Source: Sphingomicrobium sp.
GTDB taxonomy: Bacteria; Pseudomonadota; Alphaproteobacteria; Sphingomonadales; Sphingomonadaceae
Direction: 5' to 3'
Assembly (NCBI GenBank): GCA_045811185.1
Contig: JBJMUN010000046.1
Coordinates: 10,160 to 74,159, forward strand
DNA length: 64,000 nucleotides
Shown: positions 1-8,709 of the stretch, piece by piece
Numbering within the stretch: the first letter of the stretch is position 1
Layout: each line of letters opens with the position of its first letter
Program-made: the position numbers and the translations under genes
Notes under the pieces: generated by a model
What the model was told of the DNA's origin: nothing
The model's database searches: none
What the model saw: only the letters and a program-made list of their open reading frames with translations

Positions 1-195
1 CGCCTGCTTCTCTTCGGTGAAGGGCCTGCACAGGCCTTGCTCGGCAAGCCGCTGCCGCAGGCGCGCGGGCACGTTCACAAGGTCGAAGGCGTCAGGACCG
101 TAGTTACCTTCCATCCCCGCCAACTGATTAATCAACCCTCAAACAAGTCCTTGGCATGGAAGGATTTGCTGCTTCTGATGGAGGACGAATCTTGA
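1..195 (+). CDS. C-terminal fragment of a family-4 uracil-DNA glycosylase-like protein (partial, runs off the window start)
   Basis: Frame 1 from base 1 reads RLLLFGEGPAQALLG...VVTFHPRQLINQPSNKSLAWKDLLLLMEDES*. TFHP..L...P..K..AW.DL is the typical UDG-4 C-terminal motif. Not in the supplied ORF track. Confidence 0.75.
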   Translation, partial: RLLLFGEGPAQALLGKPLPQARGHVHKVEGVRTVVTFHPRQLINQPSNKSLAWKDLLLLMEDES

Positions 196-2069
196 AGTCG
201 GGTCTGCTCACGTTCGGGGTGATGATTTGGGCCGCGCCATTATATGCGCAGGCCGCCTCCGATCCGCTCGCGCCGCTTCCGACAACTCCAGTGCAAAGTC
301 CGCCGGTGCAAGCTCCCACGCCGGCGTGGCCGGTCCATGAGACGGTCGTTCCGGTGCTAGGGCCGGCCGGAAATAAGCAGCAGGCACAGCCGCCGGCGAC
401 GACTACTGAGGTGAATGCCGCTCCGACACCGGTTTCGGCAGCGCCCGCTCCCAAGCCGGCGGCGGCGGCGATCGTTCCCAAAGACTGGCGCGGCGTCTTC
501 GATGCAATCGACGCCGGCAACTGGGCTTCCGCGCAGGCGGGCATCGCCGCTTTGCCGCGAAGCATCCTGACGCCGGTCGCCAAGGCTGAGCTCTACACAG
601 CCAAGGGCTCGCCCGTCGTCGATCTTCCCTCGCTCCAGGCACTGATCGCCGAGGCTCCGGAGCTTCCTCAGGCGGACCAGCTTGCCGCCATGGCGATCAG
701 GCGCGGCGCGACGAGCGTGCCGCTCACTGTTCCGGAGAAGCCCACCTACAACCTCGGCTCGGCACCGATCCGCTACAAGGCGAAGCCCGTGCAGGGTGAA
801 CCTTACGCAGACCAGTTGCGTGCCGCGCTCGATTCGCTCGTCAAGGTCAATGACGCAGCCGGCGCGGAATCGCAGCTGCTGCTCCTGGCGCCCCAGCTCT
901 CGGTTGAGGCACGAGCAGAAGCGTCCCAGCGCGTCGCCTTCGCTTATTACGTCAATGGCCTCGATATGGACGCTCGCCGGGTCGCCGATACCTGGCGCCA
1001 GGGTGCCACGAGCGAATGGGCGAGCCAGGCCGCTTGGGTCTCCGGGCTTGCGTCTTGGCGGCTCGGCGACTGGAACGCGGCATCCACCGCTTTCAGGCAA
1101 GTTGCCCAGCTCGCACAGCAGCGCGAACTTCGCGCCGCTGGCTATTATTGGGCAGCTCGCGCAGAGCAGGCAGCAGGCCGGCCTCGATCCGTCGAGGCAC
1201 TGCTCAAGTCGGCTGCGAGTGCGGCTGAATCCACGGAAAGTTTCTACGGCTTGCTCGCCCGGGAGACACTCGGCCTCTCCACCAAGCTGGCTGAGGATCC
1301 GTTTATCGGCAACGACCCGCCCCTCGACAGCCTGCCCAACGTGCAGCGCGCGATGGAGCTGGTCAAAATCGGCGAGCCCTCGCTCGCCGAGGAGATGCTT
1401 CGCCATCAGGCAAAGATCGGTGCGCCCTCAGAACATCACGCGCTCATTCAACTGGCAAAGAAGCTGGACCTGCCCGCAGCGCAGCTTTGGCTTGCCAACA
1501 CGGGCCAGTGGGGCGCGCGGTCCGACGCATCCGATCGATATCCAAATCCCGCATGGCGGCCGGTCAATGGATGGCGCGTGGATCCCGCGCTCGCCTTCGG
1601 TCACATCGTCCAGGAATCGGCATTCCGGCGTACCGCGGTAAGCCACGCGGGGGCCATCGGGCTGATGCAGGTTACGCCGGCGACGGCCGAGGCCGTGTCC
1701 CGCATCCGGGGGTTGCCCTCGGGCACAGGGGTGTTGACGGACCCTCGCTATAATCTCGAATTCGGCCAAAGTGTCATTGAGCTCTATCGGACCAAGGTCG
1801 GGACCGCCGGCCAGCTTCCGCGAGTCATCGCTTCTTACAACGCCGGCCCTCTGCCCGTGGCGCGCTGGGCGGGCATAAACGACAAGGGTGATCCGCTGCT
1901 GTGGATCGAGTCCATTCCCTACTGGGAGACGCGCTACTACGTCCCCGCGGTGCTGCGGAACATGTGGGTGTACCAAGGCCTCAACAGCGAGCCCACCGAT
2001 ACGCTGAAGGCGATGGCGCAACATCGCTGGCCCGTCTTCCCGACGAGCATGACCTCACTTAGCCACTAA
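192..2069 (+). CDS. Soluble lytic murein transglycosylase (Slt-like) with signal peptide and Pro/Ala-rich linker
   Basis: Motifs VQESAF (catalytic Glu), GAIGLMQV, SYNAG, ETRYYV. Start moved to TTG at 192: SD GGAGGA at 180-185 and TTGA overlap with the upstream stop. Confidence 0.9.
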   Translation: MKSGLLTFGVMIWAAPLYAQAASDPLAPLPTTPVQSPPVQAPTPAWPVHETVVPVLGPAGNKQQAQPPATTTEVNAAPTPVSAAPAPKPAAAAIVPKDWRGVFDAIDAGNWASAQAGIAALPRSILTPVAKAELYTAKGSPVVDLPSLQALIAEAPELPQADQLAAMAIRRGATSVPLTVPEKPTYNLGSAPIRYKAKPVQGEPYADQLRAALDSLVKVNDAAGAESQLLLLAPQLSVEARAEASQRVAFAYYVNGLDMDARRVADTWRQGATSEWASQAAWVSGLASWRLGDWNAASTAFRQVAQLAQQRELRAAGYYWAARAEQAAGRPRSVEALLKSAASAAESTESFYGLLARETLGLSTKLAEDPFIGNDPPLDSLPNVQRAMELVKIGEPSLAEEMLRHQAKIGAPSEHHALIQLAKKLDLPAAQLWLANTGQWGARSDASDRYPNPAWRPVNGWRVDPALAFGHIVQESAFRRTAVSHAGAIGLMQVTPATAEAVSRIRGLPSGTGVLTDPRYNLEFGQSVIELYRTKVGTAGQLPRVIASYNAGPLPVARWAGINDKGDPLLWIESIPYWETRYYVPAVLRNMWVYQGLNSEPTDTLKAMAQHRWPVFPTSMTSLSH

Positions 2070-2078
2070 GCGACCGTG

Positions 2079-2214
2079 CACGTCGAGATCGGTGTTGCGT
2101 GGGGAGCAACTCGCCTTCGCCCTCGACGTGATGTCTATCCGCAAATGCCTGCGGCGGCGGCTGCAGCCGGCCGCTGCAGGAAACTGCTTTCGCATCCGTG
2201 ATTTTCGTTTTTTT
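2079..2214. other. Structured intergenic element (two GC-rich hairpins, then a T-tract); candidate ncRNA or terminator complex
   Basis: CACGTCGAG (2079-2087) pairs with CTCGACGTG (2122-2130), enclosing an inner GTTGC/GCAAC stem. Second long hairpin at 2148-2180. T-rich run at 2202-2214. Confidence 0.35.
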
Positions 2215-2306
2215 CTGAGCCCCTGTCGCATCCGTTGCGCTCCAGTGATGGGCTTGTGAACTAAGTCTGCCACCACTGGTGACAGTGCGCGAGCATCGCC
2301 ATTCGT

Positions 2307-2321
2307 GTTCTTGTTTTGTTC
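2307..2321 (+). promoter_or_regulatory. Alphaproteobacterial LexA (SOS) box
   Basis: Exact GTTC-TTGTTTT-GTTC (GTTC-N7-GTTC), 25 nt upstream of the radical SAM ATG. It overlaps a TTGTTT-N17-TAAGAT promoter (2311-2339). Confidence 0.8.
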
Positions 2322-2345
2322 CTAAGCTCGTCGTAAGATCGGAAC

Positions 2346-3416
2346 ATGCCGGTCGAGTCGAGCCATGGACGCGGGGCGACCCGCAATCCGACCCCTACGC
2401 GCTTCAATCTCCAGGAACGCTTCGTCGAGGGCGAATGGCTTGACCAGGTCGAGGCTCTCGACGGCGTGCCCAAGCGTCGAACCAGTGTGACGATCGAGCA
2501 TCCGAAATCGATCCTGACGCGCAACACCTCGCCCGATATCGGCTTCGACCGGTCCGTGAATGCCTATCGCGGCTGTGAGCACGGCTGCATCTACTGCTTT
2601 GCCCGTCCAACCCACGCCTATCACGATCTGTCGCCGGGCATTGATTTCGAGTCTCGTCTGTTCGTGAAGCCCAATGCCGCCCAGTTGCTTCACGGCGCAT
2701 TGTCACGGCCAGGCTACGAGTGCCGGCCCATCGCGATGGGCACGAACACCGACCCGTACCAGCCCATTGAAGAACGCTGGCGCATTACCCGATCGGTGAT
2801 CGAGTTGCTGCTCGAGGCCCGCCACCCGTTCACGATCACGACCAAGTCCGACCGCGTGCTGCGCGACATCGACCTTTTGAAGCAGGCGGCAGACCTTCGC
2901 ATCGCCTCGGTCGCCTTGTCCGTCACCTCACTGGATTCGACAATTGCGCGGACGCTCGAGCCGCGCGCGCCACAACCGCGGAAGCGGCTCGCCGCCATGA
3001 AGACGCTCAACGATGCGGGCGTGCCCTGTTACGTCGCAATCGCGCCGGTGGTACCGCAAGTAACCGATCACGAGCTTGAGCATATCGTCGAGGCAGCCGT
3101 GGAAGCCGGCGCCCCGGGTGGCTTCTATTTGCCCGTTCGCCTGCCCCACGAAGTCGCTCCCCTCTTCCGTGCGTGGCTCGATGAGCATTATCCTGACCGG
3201 GCAGCGAAAGTGATGGCGACCATCCGCTCGCTTCGCGGCGGCCGAGACAATGATCCAAACTTCTTCAGCCGAATGCGCGGCCAGGGCCCCTGGGCGGAGC
3301 TGCTGCGCACGCGGTTCGAGATCGCCTGCAAGAAATATGGCCTGAAGCAGGTCAAGTTCCTGCTGCGAACTGATCTGTTCCGACCGCCAGAAGGCGATCA
3401 AATGCGCCTGCTCTAG
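2346..3416 (+). CDS. PA0069/Rv2578c-family radical SAM protein (SplB-like, putative DNA repair)
   Basis: YRGCEHGCIYCFAR CxxxCxxC motif; GTNTDPYQP; TITTKS; ends with Q(M/L)xL(L/F). Confidence 0.9.
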   Translation: MPVESSHGRGATRNPTPTRFNLQERFVEGEWLDQVEALDGVPKRRTSVTIEHPKSILTRNTSPDIGFDRSVNAYRGCEHGCIYCFARPTHAYHDLSPGIDFESRLFVKPNAAQLLHGALSRPGYECRPIAMGTNTDPYQPIEERWRITRSVIELLLEARHPFTITTKSDRVLRDIDLLKQAADLRIASVALSVTSLDSTIARTLEPRAPQPRKRLAAMKTLNDAGVPCYVAIAPVVPQVTDHELEHIVEAAVEAGAPGGFYLPVRLPHEVAPLFRAWLDEHYPDRAAKVMATIRSLRGGRDNDPNFFSRMRGQGPWAELLRTRFEIACKKYGLKQVKFLLRTDLFRPPEGDQMRLL

Positions 3417-3449
3417 TGACACTGCGTCACTCGTTGCTAAGGGCCGGCC

Positions 3450-4844
3450 ATGAGACCTTATCTTTTGGCAATGCTGTTGATCTCCGCCGCTGCTCCGGTC
3501 TTTGCGCAGCAGTCTACCGTCAATCCAACGGTCCCTGTTGACCCTAAGGTTGCCGCTCTTCGAGCCGATGCGCTCGCGAACGATCATTATGCGTGGGACA
3601 TCACCGAGGGACTGACGACCGAGGTCGGCCAGCGACTCGCCGGTACCGAGGCCGAGGCTCGCGCTCGCAACTGGGCGGTCGCCAAGCTTCGCGCGCTTGG
3701 CTTCGCGAACGTCCGCGTAGAACCCTTCGACATGCCAACCTGGACGCGAGGACCGGAGAACGCCGAGATCCTCTCTCCTTTCCCGCAGAAGCTCGTCGTC
3801 GCAGCCCTCGGCAATAGCGGCTCGACGCCCCCCGAGGGGATCACTGGGGAGGTCGTCGGCTTTGCCACACTTGCCGATCTCGAAGCCGCGCCCGATGCTT
3901 CCGTTCGTGGCAAGATCGTTTTCGTGTCGCACGCGATGCCGCGTACGCAGGATGGCTCGAGCTATGGCTATTTTGGTGGTCCACGTCGCCAGGGACCAAG
4001 TGTTGCGAGCCGAAAAGGCGCAATCGCAATTATCATCCGTTCGATCGGGACTGACTATCACCGAAATCCCCACACCGGCACGCAAACCTTTGCGAAGGGC
4101 GTCCAGCCAATCCCGGCGGGGGCGCTCCCGCTTCCGGATGCGGAACAGCTTCAGCGCATCCTGAAGCGCGGAAAGCCGGTAACCATGAGACTGACGCTCG
4201 TTTCGCAAACCGGTCATGGCCAGTCCGGCAATGTCATCGCCGAGGTTCCCGGTCGCGACCCCTCCCAGCCGCCAATTCTCGTAGGCGGGCATCTCGACAG
4301 CTGGGATCAGGGCACCGGAGCGATCGACGACGCGTCGGGCGTCGCAATTGCTGCGGCGGCGGCCAAGCGTATCATGGATGCAGGACGGCCGCTTCGAACG
4401 ATCCGCATCGTCTGGTTCGGGGCAGAGGAACCTGGGCTGTTCGGCGGCCTTGCCTATCAGAAGCGACACCCGGAACCGCACTACGCCCTCGCCGAAAGCG
4501 ATTTTGGCGCCGGACGCATTTGGCGAGTAAACAGCAAACTCGGCAGGCAACGTGAAGGCGAAGCGCGGGCGCTACAGGCCGCCCTTGCTCCGCTTGGTAT
4601 TGTCCCCGGCGCTCTTGATGATGCTGAGGGCTCGGACATCGGGCCCATGGTCGCTGCGGGCGCACCCGGGATCGGCCTCAGCCAGGACGGCACTTATTAT
4701 TTCGACGTTCACCACACGCCCGACGACACGCTCGACAAGGTCGACGCCGAAGCGCTGCGCCAGAATGTCGCCGCCTGGACCGCGATGCTCGCCGTGCTTT
4801 CCGGCGGAATTGAATCGGGACCGAAACAGCCGAAACGGCGTTGA
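3450..4844 (+). CDS. M28-family metallopeptidase (carboxypeptidase Q-like, PA domain), secreted
   Basis: Signal peptide; zinc-ligand motifs GGHLDSWD, GAIDDASG, AEEPG, ESD, HHT.DD. Confidence 0.88.
   Translation: MRPYLLAMLLISAAAPVFAQQSTVNPTVPVDPKVAALRADALANDHYAWDITEGLTTEVGQRLAGTEAEARARNWAVAKLRALGFANVRVEPFDMPTWTRGPENAEILSPFPQKLVVAALGNSGSTPPEGITGEVVGFATLADLEAAPDASVRGKIVFVSHAMPRTQDGSSYGYFGGPRRQGPSVASRKGAIAIIIRSIGTDYHRNPHTGTQTFAKGVQPIPAGALPLPDAEQLQRILKRGKPVTMRLTLVSQTGHGQSGNVIAEVPGRDPSQPPILVGGHLDSWDQGTGAIDDASGVAIAAAAAKRIMDAGRPLRTIRIVWFGAEEPGLFGGLAYQKRHPEPHYALAESDFGAGRIWRVNSKLGRQREGEARALQAALAPLGIVPGALDDAEGSDIGPMVAAGAPGIGLSQDGTYYFDVHHTPDDTLDKVDAEALRQNVAAWTAMLAVLSGGIESGPKQPKRR
4817..4842 (+). promoter_or_regulatory. 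Putative sigma-EcfG (general stress) promoter for the small lipoprotein
   Basis: GGGAC-N17-CGTT, one mismatch to GGAAC-N16/17-CGTT, 27 nt before ATG 4869 and inside the 3' end of the peptidase gene. Confidence 0.45.
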
Positions 4845-4868
4845 GGCTGCCGAACAAGGGAGGAAGAC

Positions 4869-5138
4869 ATGCGCATTGCACTTGCCATTCCGCTTCTGCT
4901 GCTCGGCGCCTGCCAGGTCAGCAAGGATGAGAACAATGGAACGACCAGCGTCACCTACAACAGCGACGTCGCCGAAAATGCCGCTCAGGACGTGGGCAAC
5001 ACCGCGCAGAACATCGCGAGCGACATCGGCAATGACATCAAGAAGACCGGCGACAAGATCCAGAACACGGACGTCAGTGTGAACGTCGATCGCGACGAGC
5101 ACACCAACACCACGAACACGACCGAAAACAAGCATTAG
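4869..5138 (+). CDS. Small hydrophilic lipoprotein, LEA/entericidin-like character
   Basis: SD GGGAGG; lipobox LLGAC; Asn/Asp/Thr-rich body with roughly 11-residue amphipathic repeats ([22 protein letters not shown]). Confidence 0.8.
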   Translation: MRIALAIPLLLLGACQVSKDENNGTTSVTYNSDVAENAAQDVGNTAQNIASDIGNDIKKTGDKIQNTDVSVNVDRDEHTNTTNTTENKH

Positions 5139-5249
5139 TCACAGCCGGCCGGGCCTTCTTGCGTCGGGCCGGCCGGATGTCCTCGGCCCTGGCGAACCCA
5201 GCATGCCCAAATCTTTGCATCGCGATAAGTCGCGATACCTGCATGACGG

Positions 5250-5328
<79 letters not shown>

Positions 5329-5393
5329 AGACCCCGCTCGTTAGGGCGGATCGCCATGCTCGCCAATCCCCTGAATAGGCCCTCGCGCGACGA

Positions 5394-5468
5394 TGGTGGG
5401 CCCGGCAGGATTCGAACCTACAACCTAGCCGTTATGAGCGGCCGGCTCTACCGTTGAGCTACAGGCCC
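5394..5468 (-). tRNA. tRNA with CAT anticodon, most likely tRNA-Ile2 (lysidine-modified)
   Basis: Reverse complement GGGCCTGTAGCTCAACGGTAGAGCCGGCCGCTCATAACGGCT...GGTTCGAATCCTGCCGGGCCCACCA. The GGGCC acceptor stem matches my recollection of alphaproteobacterial Ile2, and there are no initiator features. Confidence 0.9.
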
Positions 5469-5515
5469 TCCACGGTCCCGCCGCGATAGACAAGCATACG
5501 CCGCGCGCCAAGGCG

Positions 5516-7081
5516 CTATCCGCGCGGGAAATGCAGGGCAAACGTATCGCGTCCGCTCACCAATTGCCCTCCGGCAATCCGGGCGAGCCCTCGTGCCAGT
5601 CGAAGTGCGAAGCCACCCTCAATACTCGCGGCCCGCCCTGCATCGAATAGCTGAGCGTCGTCCAATCCTTGCAAAGCCGCAGGCCGGCTTATTGAGATCC
5701 GTGCCACATCTGCGGCCGCCTCGACCGATAGTTGAAGACGTTCTCCCTGCTCGGCACGCTCGGCGAGCGCTCCGAACAGACGAAACAGCAAGCGGTCGGC
5801 AAGTTCCGGCTGAACTGCTGCAGCGACTTCGGTTCTTGGGCGCATGACGTTGAGTTCCGCGCCGCGACGTGCCGCGAGGACGCGCAGCTCCGTTGTCTCG
5901 CGATCGACCAACGCGCCGAGGTCAATCCGCTCGCGCTTGCCGCCCGAGGAATGGACCTTTGCCGCGAAATCAAGATCGTCGATCCCAGTTAGGAGCATCC
6001 GAGCTTGCCGAACGATCTCCGCCGCGCGGTCGCGATAGCCACGATCGGCGGGCCCCAAATACTGGCCTTCGATAATCTCCGCGAACCCGATGATCGCATT
6101 GAGCGGTGTCTTGATTTCGTGGACGAGCTCGCGAAGCGAGTCCGGATCGGAAAGCACATCAGGTACCGTCTGGGCTGTTGGTTCAGACGGAGCCGGTGCC
6201 ATTTCGTCCCGCAATGCGACGCCCCGATAACCGGCAAACCGTCCGTCCGCGGGGTCGAATGCTGGAACGCCGCTGATCTTCCACTCGCCAGCGACGGGTC
6301 CGCCGCTCGCAACGGTAAGCAGCGCATCACGAAAAGGCGCTCGCATCGCGAAGGCTCGAACGACGTCCTGGTCTACCCGATCACCATCGCTTTCCTGCGG
6401 TTTTGCAATCGAACGGCCGATCAGCGGGCCTCGCGGCGCGCCCTCGACCCAGGCGATTTCACCGCCAGGACCGCACTCCCAGCGGAAGAGCGCCGGGGAT
6501 TCCGGCGGAACTCGAGTTTCGGTGGGCGGTGCCGTCTGCACGCCGCGAAGCCGCCTTCGCCGTTCGATCCGCTCAACGACGTCGTGAAGTGAGGGAGGCG
6601 TATAGGGCTGCGTATCGGAGGCAGCCGGTTCCCGGGGAACTTGATCTTCGGTTTGAGGCGACTCTGCGCTCGAGGGCGGTTGAACATGAAGTTCGACGCG
6701 CAGGTCCGGATGCAGCGTCTCTATGAAACGACGCGTTTCTGCGTCGGCAGCAGCATGCAGCACCTCCCATTGATGCGTGTCCAGCTTTGCAGCAGCGAGC
6801 ACGGGAGCCGAGACCGTAAGGCTGTCCGCGGCGAAATACTCGAGAAGGCCGAGCGGCAAGGGAAGCGCAGCGACCGCTCGCGCCGCCGCCGCCCGTAGCG
6901 GTTCATCCACGCGCTTCGATTCGCTCCTGATCGCTTGCAGCGCCTCAGCGACAACCGGGCTGGCACCGCTGGAACCGGCGCGTGCAACGAGGTCGACCAG
7001 CTGGCGCCAGCGCACCGCGGCGTCATGACGGTCTTCAGCCGGCTGGTTGAGGACGGTCAGCAGACGATCGTCGAAGCGCAC
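5516..7081 (-). CDS. Histidine-kinase-like protein: N-terminal helical domain, PAS-like region, HisKA, degenerate HATPase
   Basis: H-box LVHEIKTPLNAIIGFAEII is intact. PAS-like WECGPGGEIAWV...GRFAGYRG. No recognisable N, G1 or G2 boxes. Confidence 0.8.
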   Translation of the reverse strand: MRFDDRLLTVLNQPAEDRHDAAVRWRQLVDLVARAGSSGASPVVAEALQAIRSESKRVDEPLRAAAARAVAALPLPLGLLEYFAADSLTVSAPVLAAAKLDTHQWEVLHAAADAETRRFIETLHPDLRVELHVQPPSSAESPQTEDQVPREPAASDTQPYTPPSLHDVVERIERRRRLRGVQTAPPTETRVPPESPALFRWECGPGGEIAWVEGAPRGPLIGRSIAKPQESDGDRVDQDVVRAFAMRAPFRDALLTVASGGPVAGEWKISGVPAFDPADGRFAGYRGVALRDEMAPAPSEPTAQTVPDVLSDPDSLRELVHEIKTPLNAIIGFAEIIEGQYLGPADRGYRDRAAEIVRQARMLLTGIDDLDFAAKVHSSGGKRERIDLGALVDRETTELRVLAARRGAELNVMRPRTEVAAAVQPELADRLLFRLFGALAERAEQGERLQLSVEAAADVARISISRPAALQGLDDAQLFDAGRAASIEGGFALRLARGLARIAGGQLVSGRDTFALHFPRG

Positions 7082-7201
7082 TGGCTAGTCTTTTCCCTCT
7101 GACGCACCCTCCTCACGCTCTATGCGAGCATTTACAATGCGCTAAGAAGGAAGAAACTAACTGCTCCGTAACGGGACAGGTGTTTCAGCCCGGGAAACTG
7201 C

Positions 7202-7235
7202 AAAAAAGAAGAGGCGCCGGTGCTCCGGCGCCTCT
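7202..7235 (-). terminator. Rho-independent terminator of the TPR gene
   Basis: 10-bp stem GAGGCGCCGG/CCGGCGCCTC with a 4-nt loop; the A-run at 7202-7207 gives a U-tail on the minus strand. Confidence 0.85.
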
Positions 7236-7262
7236 CCTGTGTTTTCAAGCCCTCGAACGAGT

Positions 7263-8540
7263 TCAGGCCTTCTGGTTGAGGTAGGTCAACCAGAATTTGG
7301 CAATATCAGCACGCGGGCCAGTGACGGCGTTGAGCGCTGCGGTTGCGCCGGCCTTGTCGCCCGCGCGCGCGAGCGCCATGCCAACGTGGAGATTGGCTAC
7401 CGCCGTATCGACACCTGGCTTGCCCATTGCCATTTTGTAGAGCTCGACCGCCTTGGAATAGTCGCCCATCGCATAATAGCGGTCGCCGATGCGAAGCAGG
7501 GCCATGCCGCTTTGCGCAGACTTCGTCGCCGACGCGAGGTCAGCCGCCGTCGCCTTCGGCTTGCTCTTGAGACCTGCCACAAGGTCACGGAAGTCCGCAC
7601 TGGTCGGATTTACGACCTTCGCGGCAATCCCGGCGTCGAGTACAGCCTGCGCCTCATTGAAGTTGTTCTGCTCAGCCGCGGCACGAGCATAGAGGCCGTA
7701 TTCGCCAGCATCGTTCAGGGCACCCGTTAACTGCATCAGGCGGAGCAGGTCGAGCGTGCCTTCGACATCCGGGTGGTTGAGGTTGCGGTAGATCGCAATC
7801 GCGTCGCCCCAGCTCGCAGCACTCGGATAGGATGTGACCCACTGACGCGCGAGATCGACCGCTGCCGGAGACTGCGCCTCGTAAGCCACGCCAACGGCAC
7901 GCTTGATCAGCGCCTCGTCGGGTTTCTGACCAGCCGCAACCCGGGCCTGGACGGCGCGCTGGAAAGCGCTCGCCGCTTCAGCCTTCTGGCCCTGCGCGAA
8001 CAAGGCTTCGCCGAGCAATGACGTCGCTTCGGCATTGCGCGGATCAGCCGCGGCAGCCTTCTGGAAGGCGGCAACGGCCTGCGGATACTGCTTGTTGTTG
8101 TACATGGTCGAGCCGAGGCTGACGTAAAGCTCGGCCGTCTTCGCGGCATCGAGATAGCCGGACGCTGCGACGGCATCGATGGCGGCTGCAGTCGCCGCAT
8201 TGTCCTTGGAGGCGAGCGCCGCTTTTAGCTGGAGCTGAGCGATGAGGTAGCGGTCTTCTTTTGTCGTCGCGACGGCCTGCGCAGCAGCCACCTTGGCCGG
8301 GATGTTGGCCGTGTCGTTCTTGTTGACCGCCGCCTGAAGGTCGACAATCGCCTTCAGCGCCTTGCCCGACGGCTTGACCACCTGCGCGTTCTGGCCCGGC
8401 GCAGTCTGCGGCTGCTGCTGCGTCTGCTCGGCGGCAGCGCGCTGACGCTGCTCATTCTGTGCTCCGTAATTCTGGGCAGCCGCCGGAATGGCTGCAGTAG
8501 CTGCGACAAGCGCGAGTGCGGTGGTCGTCGTGAACTTCAT
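7263..8540 (-). CDS. Exported tetratricopeptide-repeat protein
   Basis: Signal peptide MKFTTTTALALVAATAAIPAAA; several TPR-like helical pairs (e.g. LYVSLGSTMYNNKQYPQAVAAFQKAAAADP). Confidence 0.85.
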   Translation of the reverse strand: MKFTTTTALALVAATAAIPAAAQNYGAQNEQRQRAAAEQTQQQPQTAPGQNAQVVKPSGKALKAIVDLQAAVNKNDTANIPAKVAAAQAVATTKEDRYLIAQLQLKAALASKDNAATAAAIDAVAASGYLDAAKTAELYVSLGSTMYNNKQYPQAVAAFQKAAAADPRNAEATSLLGEALFAQGQKAEAASAFQRAVQARVAAGQKPDEALIKRAVGVAYEAQSPAAVDLARQWVTSYPSAASWGDAIAIYRNLNHPDVEGTLDLLRLMQLTGALNDAGEYGLYARAAAEQNNFNEAQAVLDAGIAAKVVNPTSADFRDLVAGLKSKPKATAADLASATKSAQSGMALLRIGDRYYAMGDYSKAVELYKMAMGKPGVDTAVANLHVGMALARAGDKAGATAALNAVTGPRADIAKFWLTYLNQKA

Positions 8541-8709
8541 GGGCTAGCTCCCCGAATACGGCCGATGAGCGGCCGAAAATGACGGCCGCGCATTAGACCT
8601 CTAATTATGCAAGGCCAAGTTCCCTACTCTTTCTGCCCTGAATATCCTTTGAACCGCTTGATTTCATTCGCAAAACTAAGGCCGGCCAAACAATTCCGGC
8701 GCAACAACT

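Noticed and set aside
2928-4550. Long antisense or alternate-frame ORFs (also 357-1406, 8758-9996, 10159-11511, 17747-19684, 34943-36415, 61579-62781 and many shorter ones)
   Set aside because: They shadow well-supported genes and have no motifs. Long stop-free antisense frames are expected in GC-rich coding DNA.
5394-5468. Calling the CAT tRNA tRNA-Met
   Set aside because: It lacks the initiator C1:A72 mismatch and the three G-C anticodon-stem pairs. The acceptor stem fits Ile2 better; tRNAscan-SE isotype models would settle it.
7131-7145. CtrA site TTTA-N7-CTAA upstream of the kinase-like gene, and a TTAACC half-site near 47221
   Set aside because: Two mismatches or only a half-site; too degenerate to call without conservation data.
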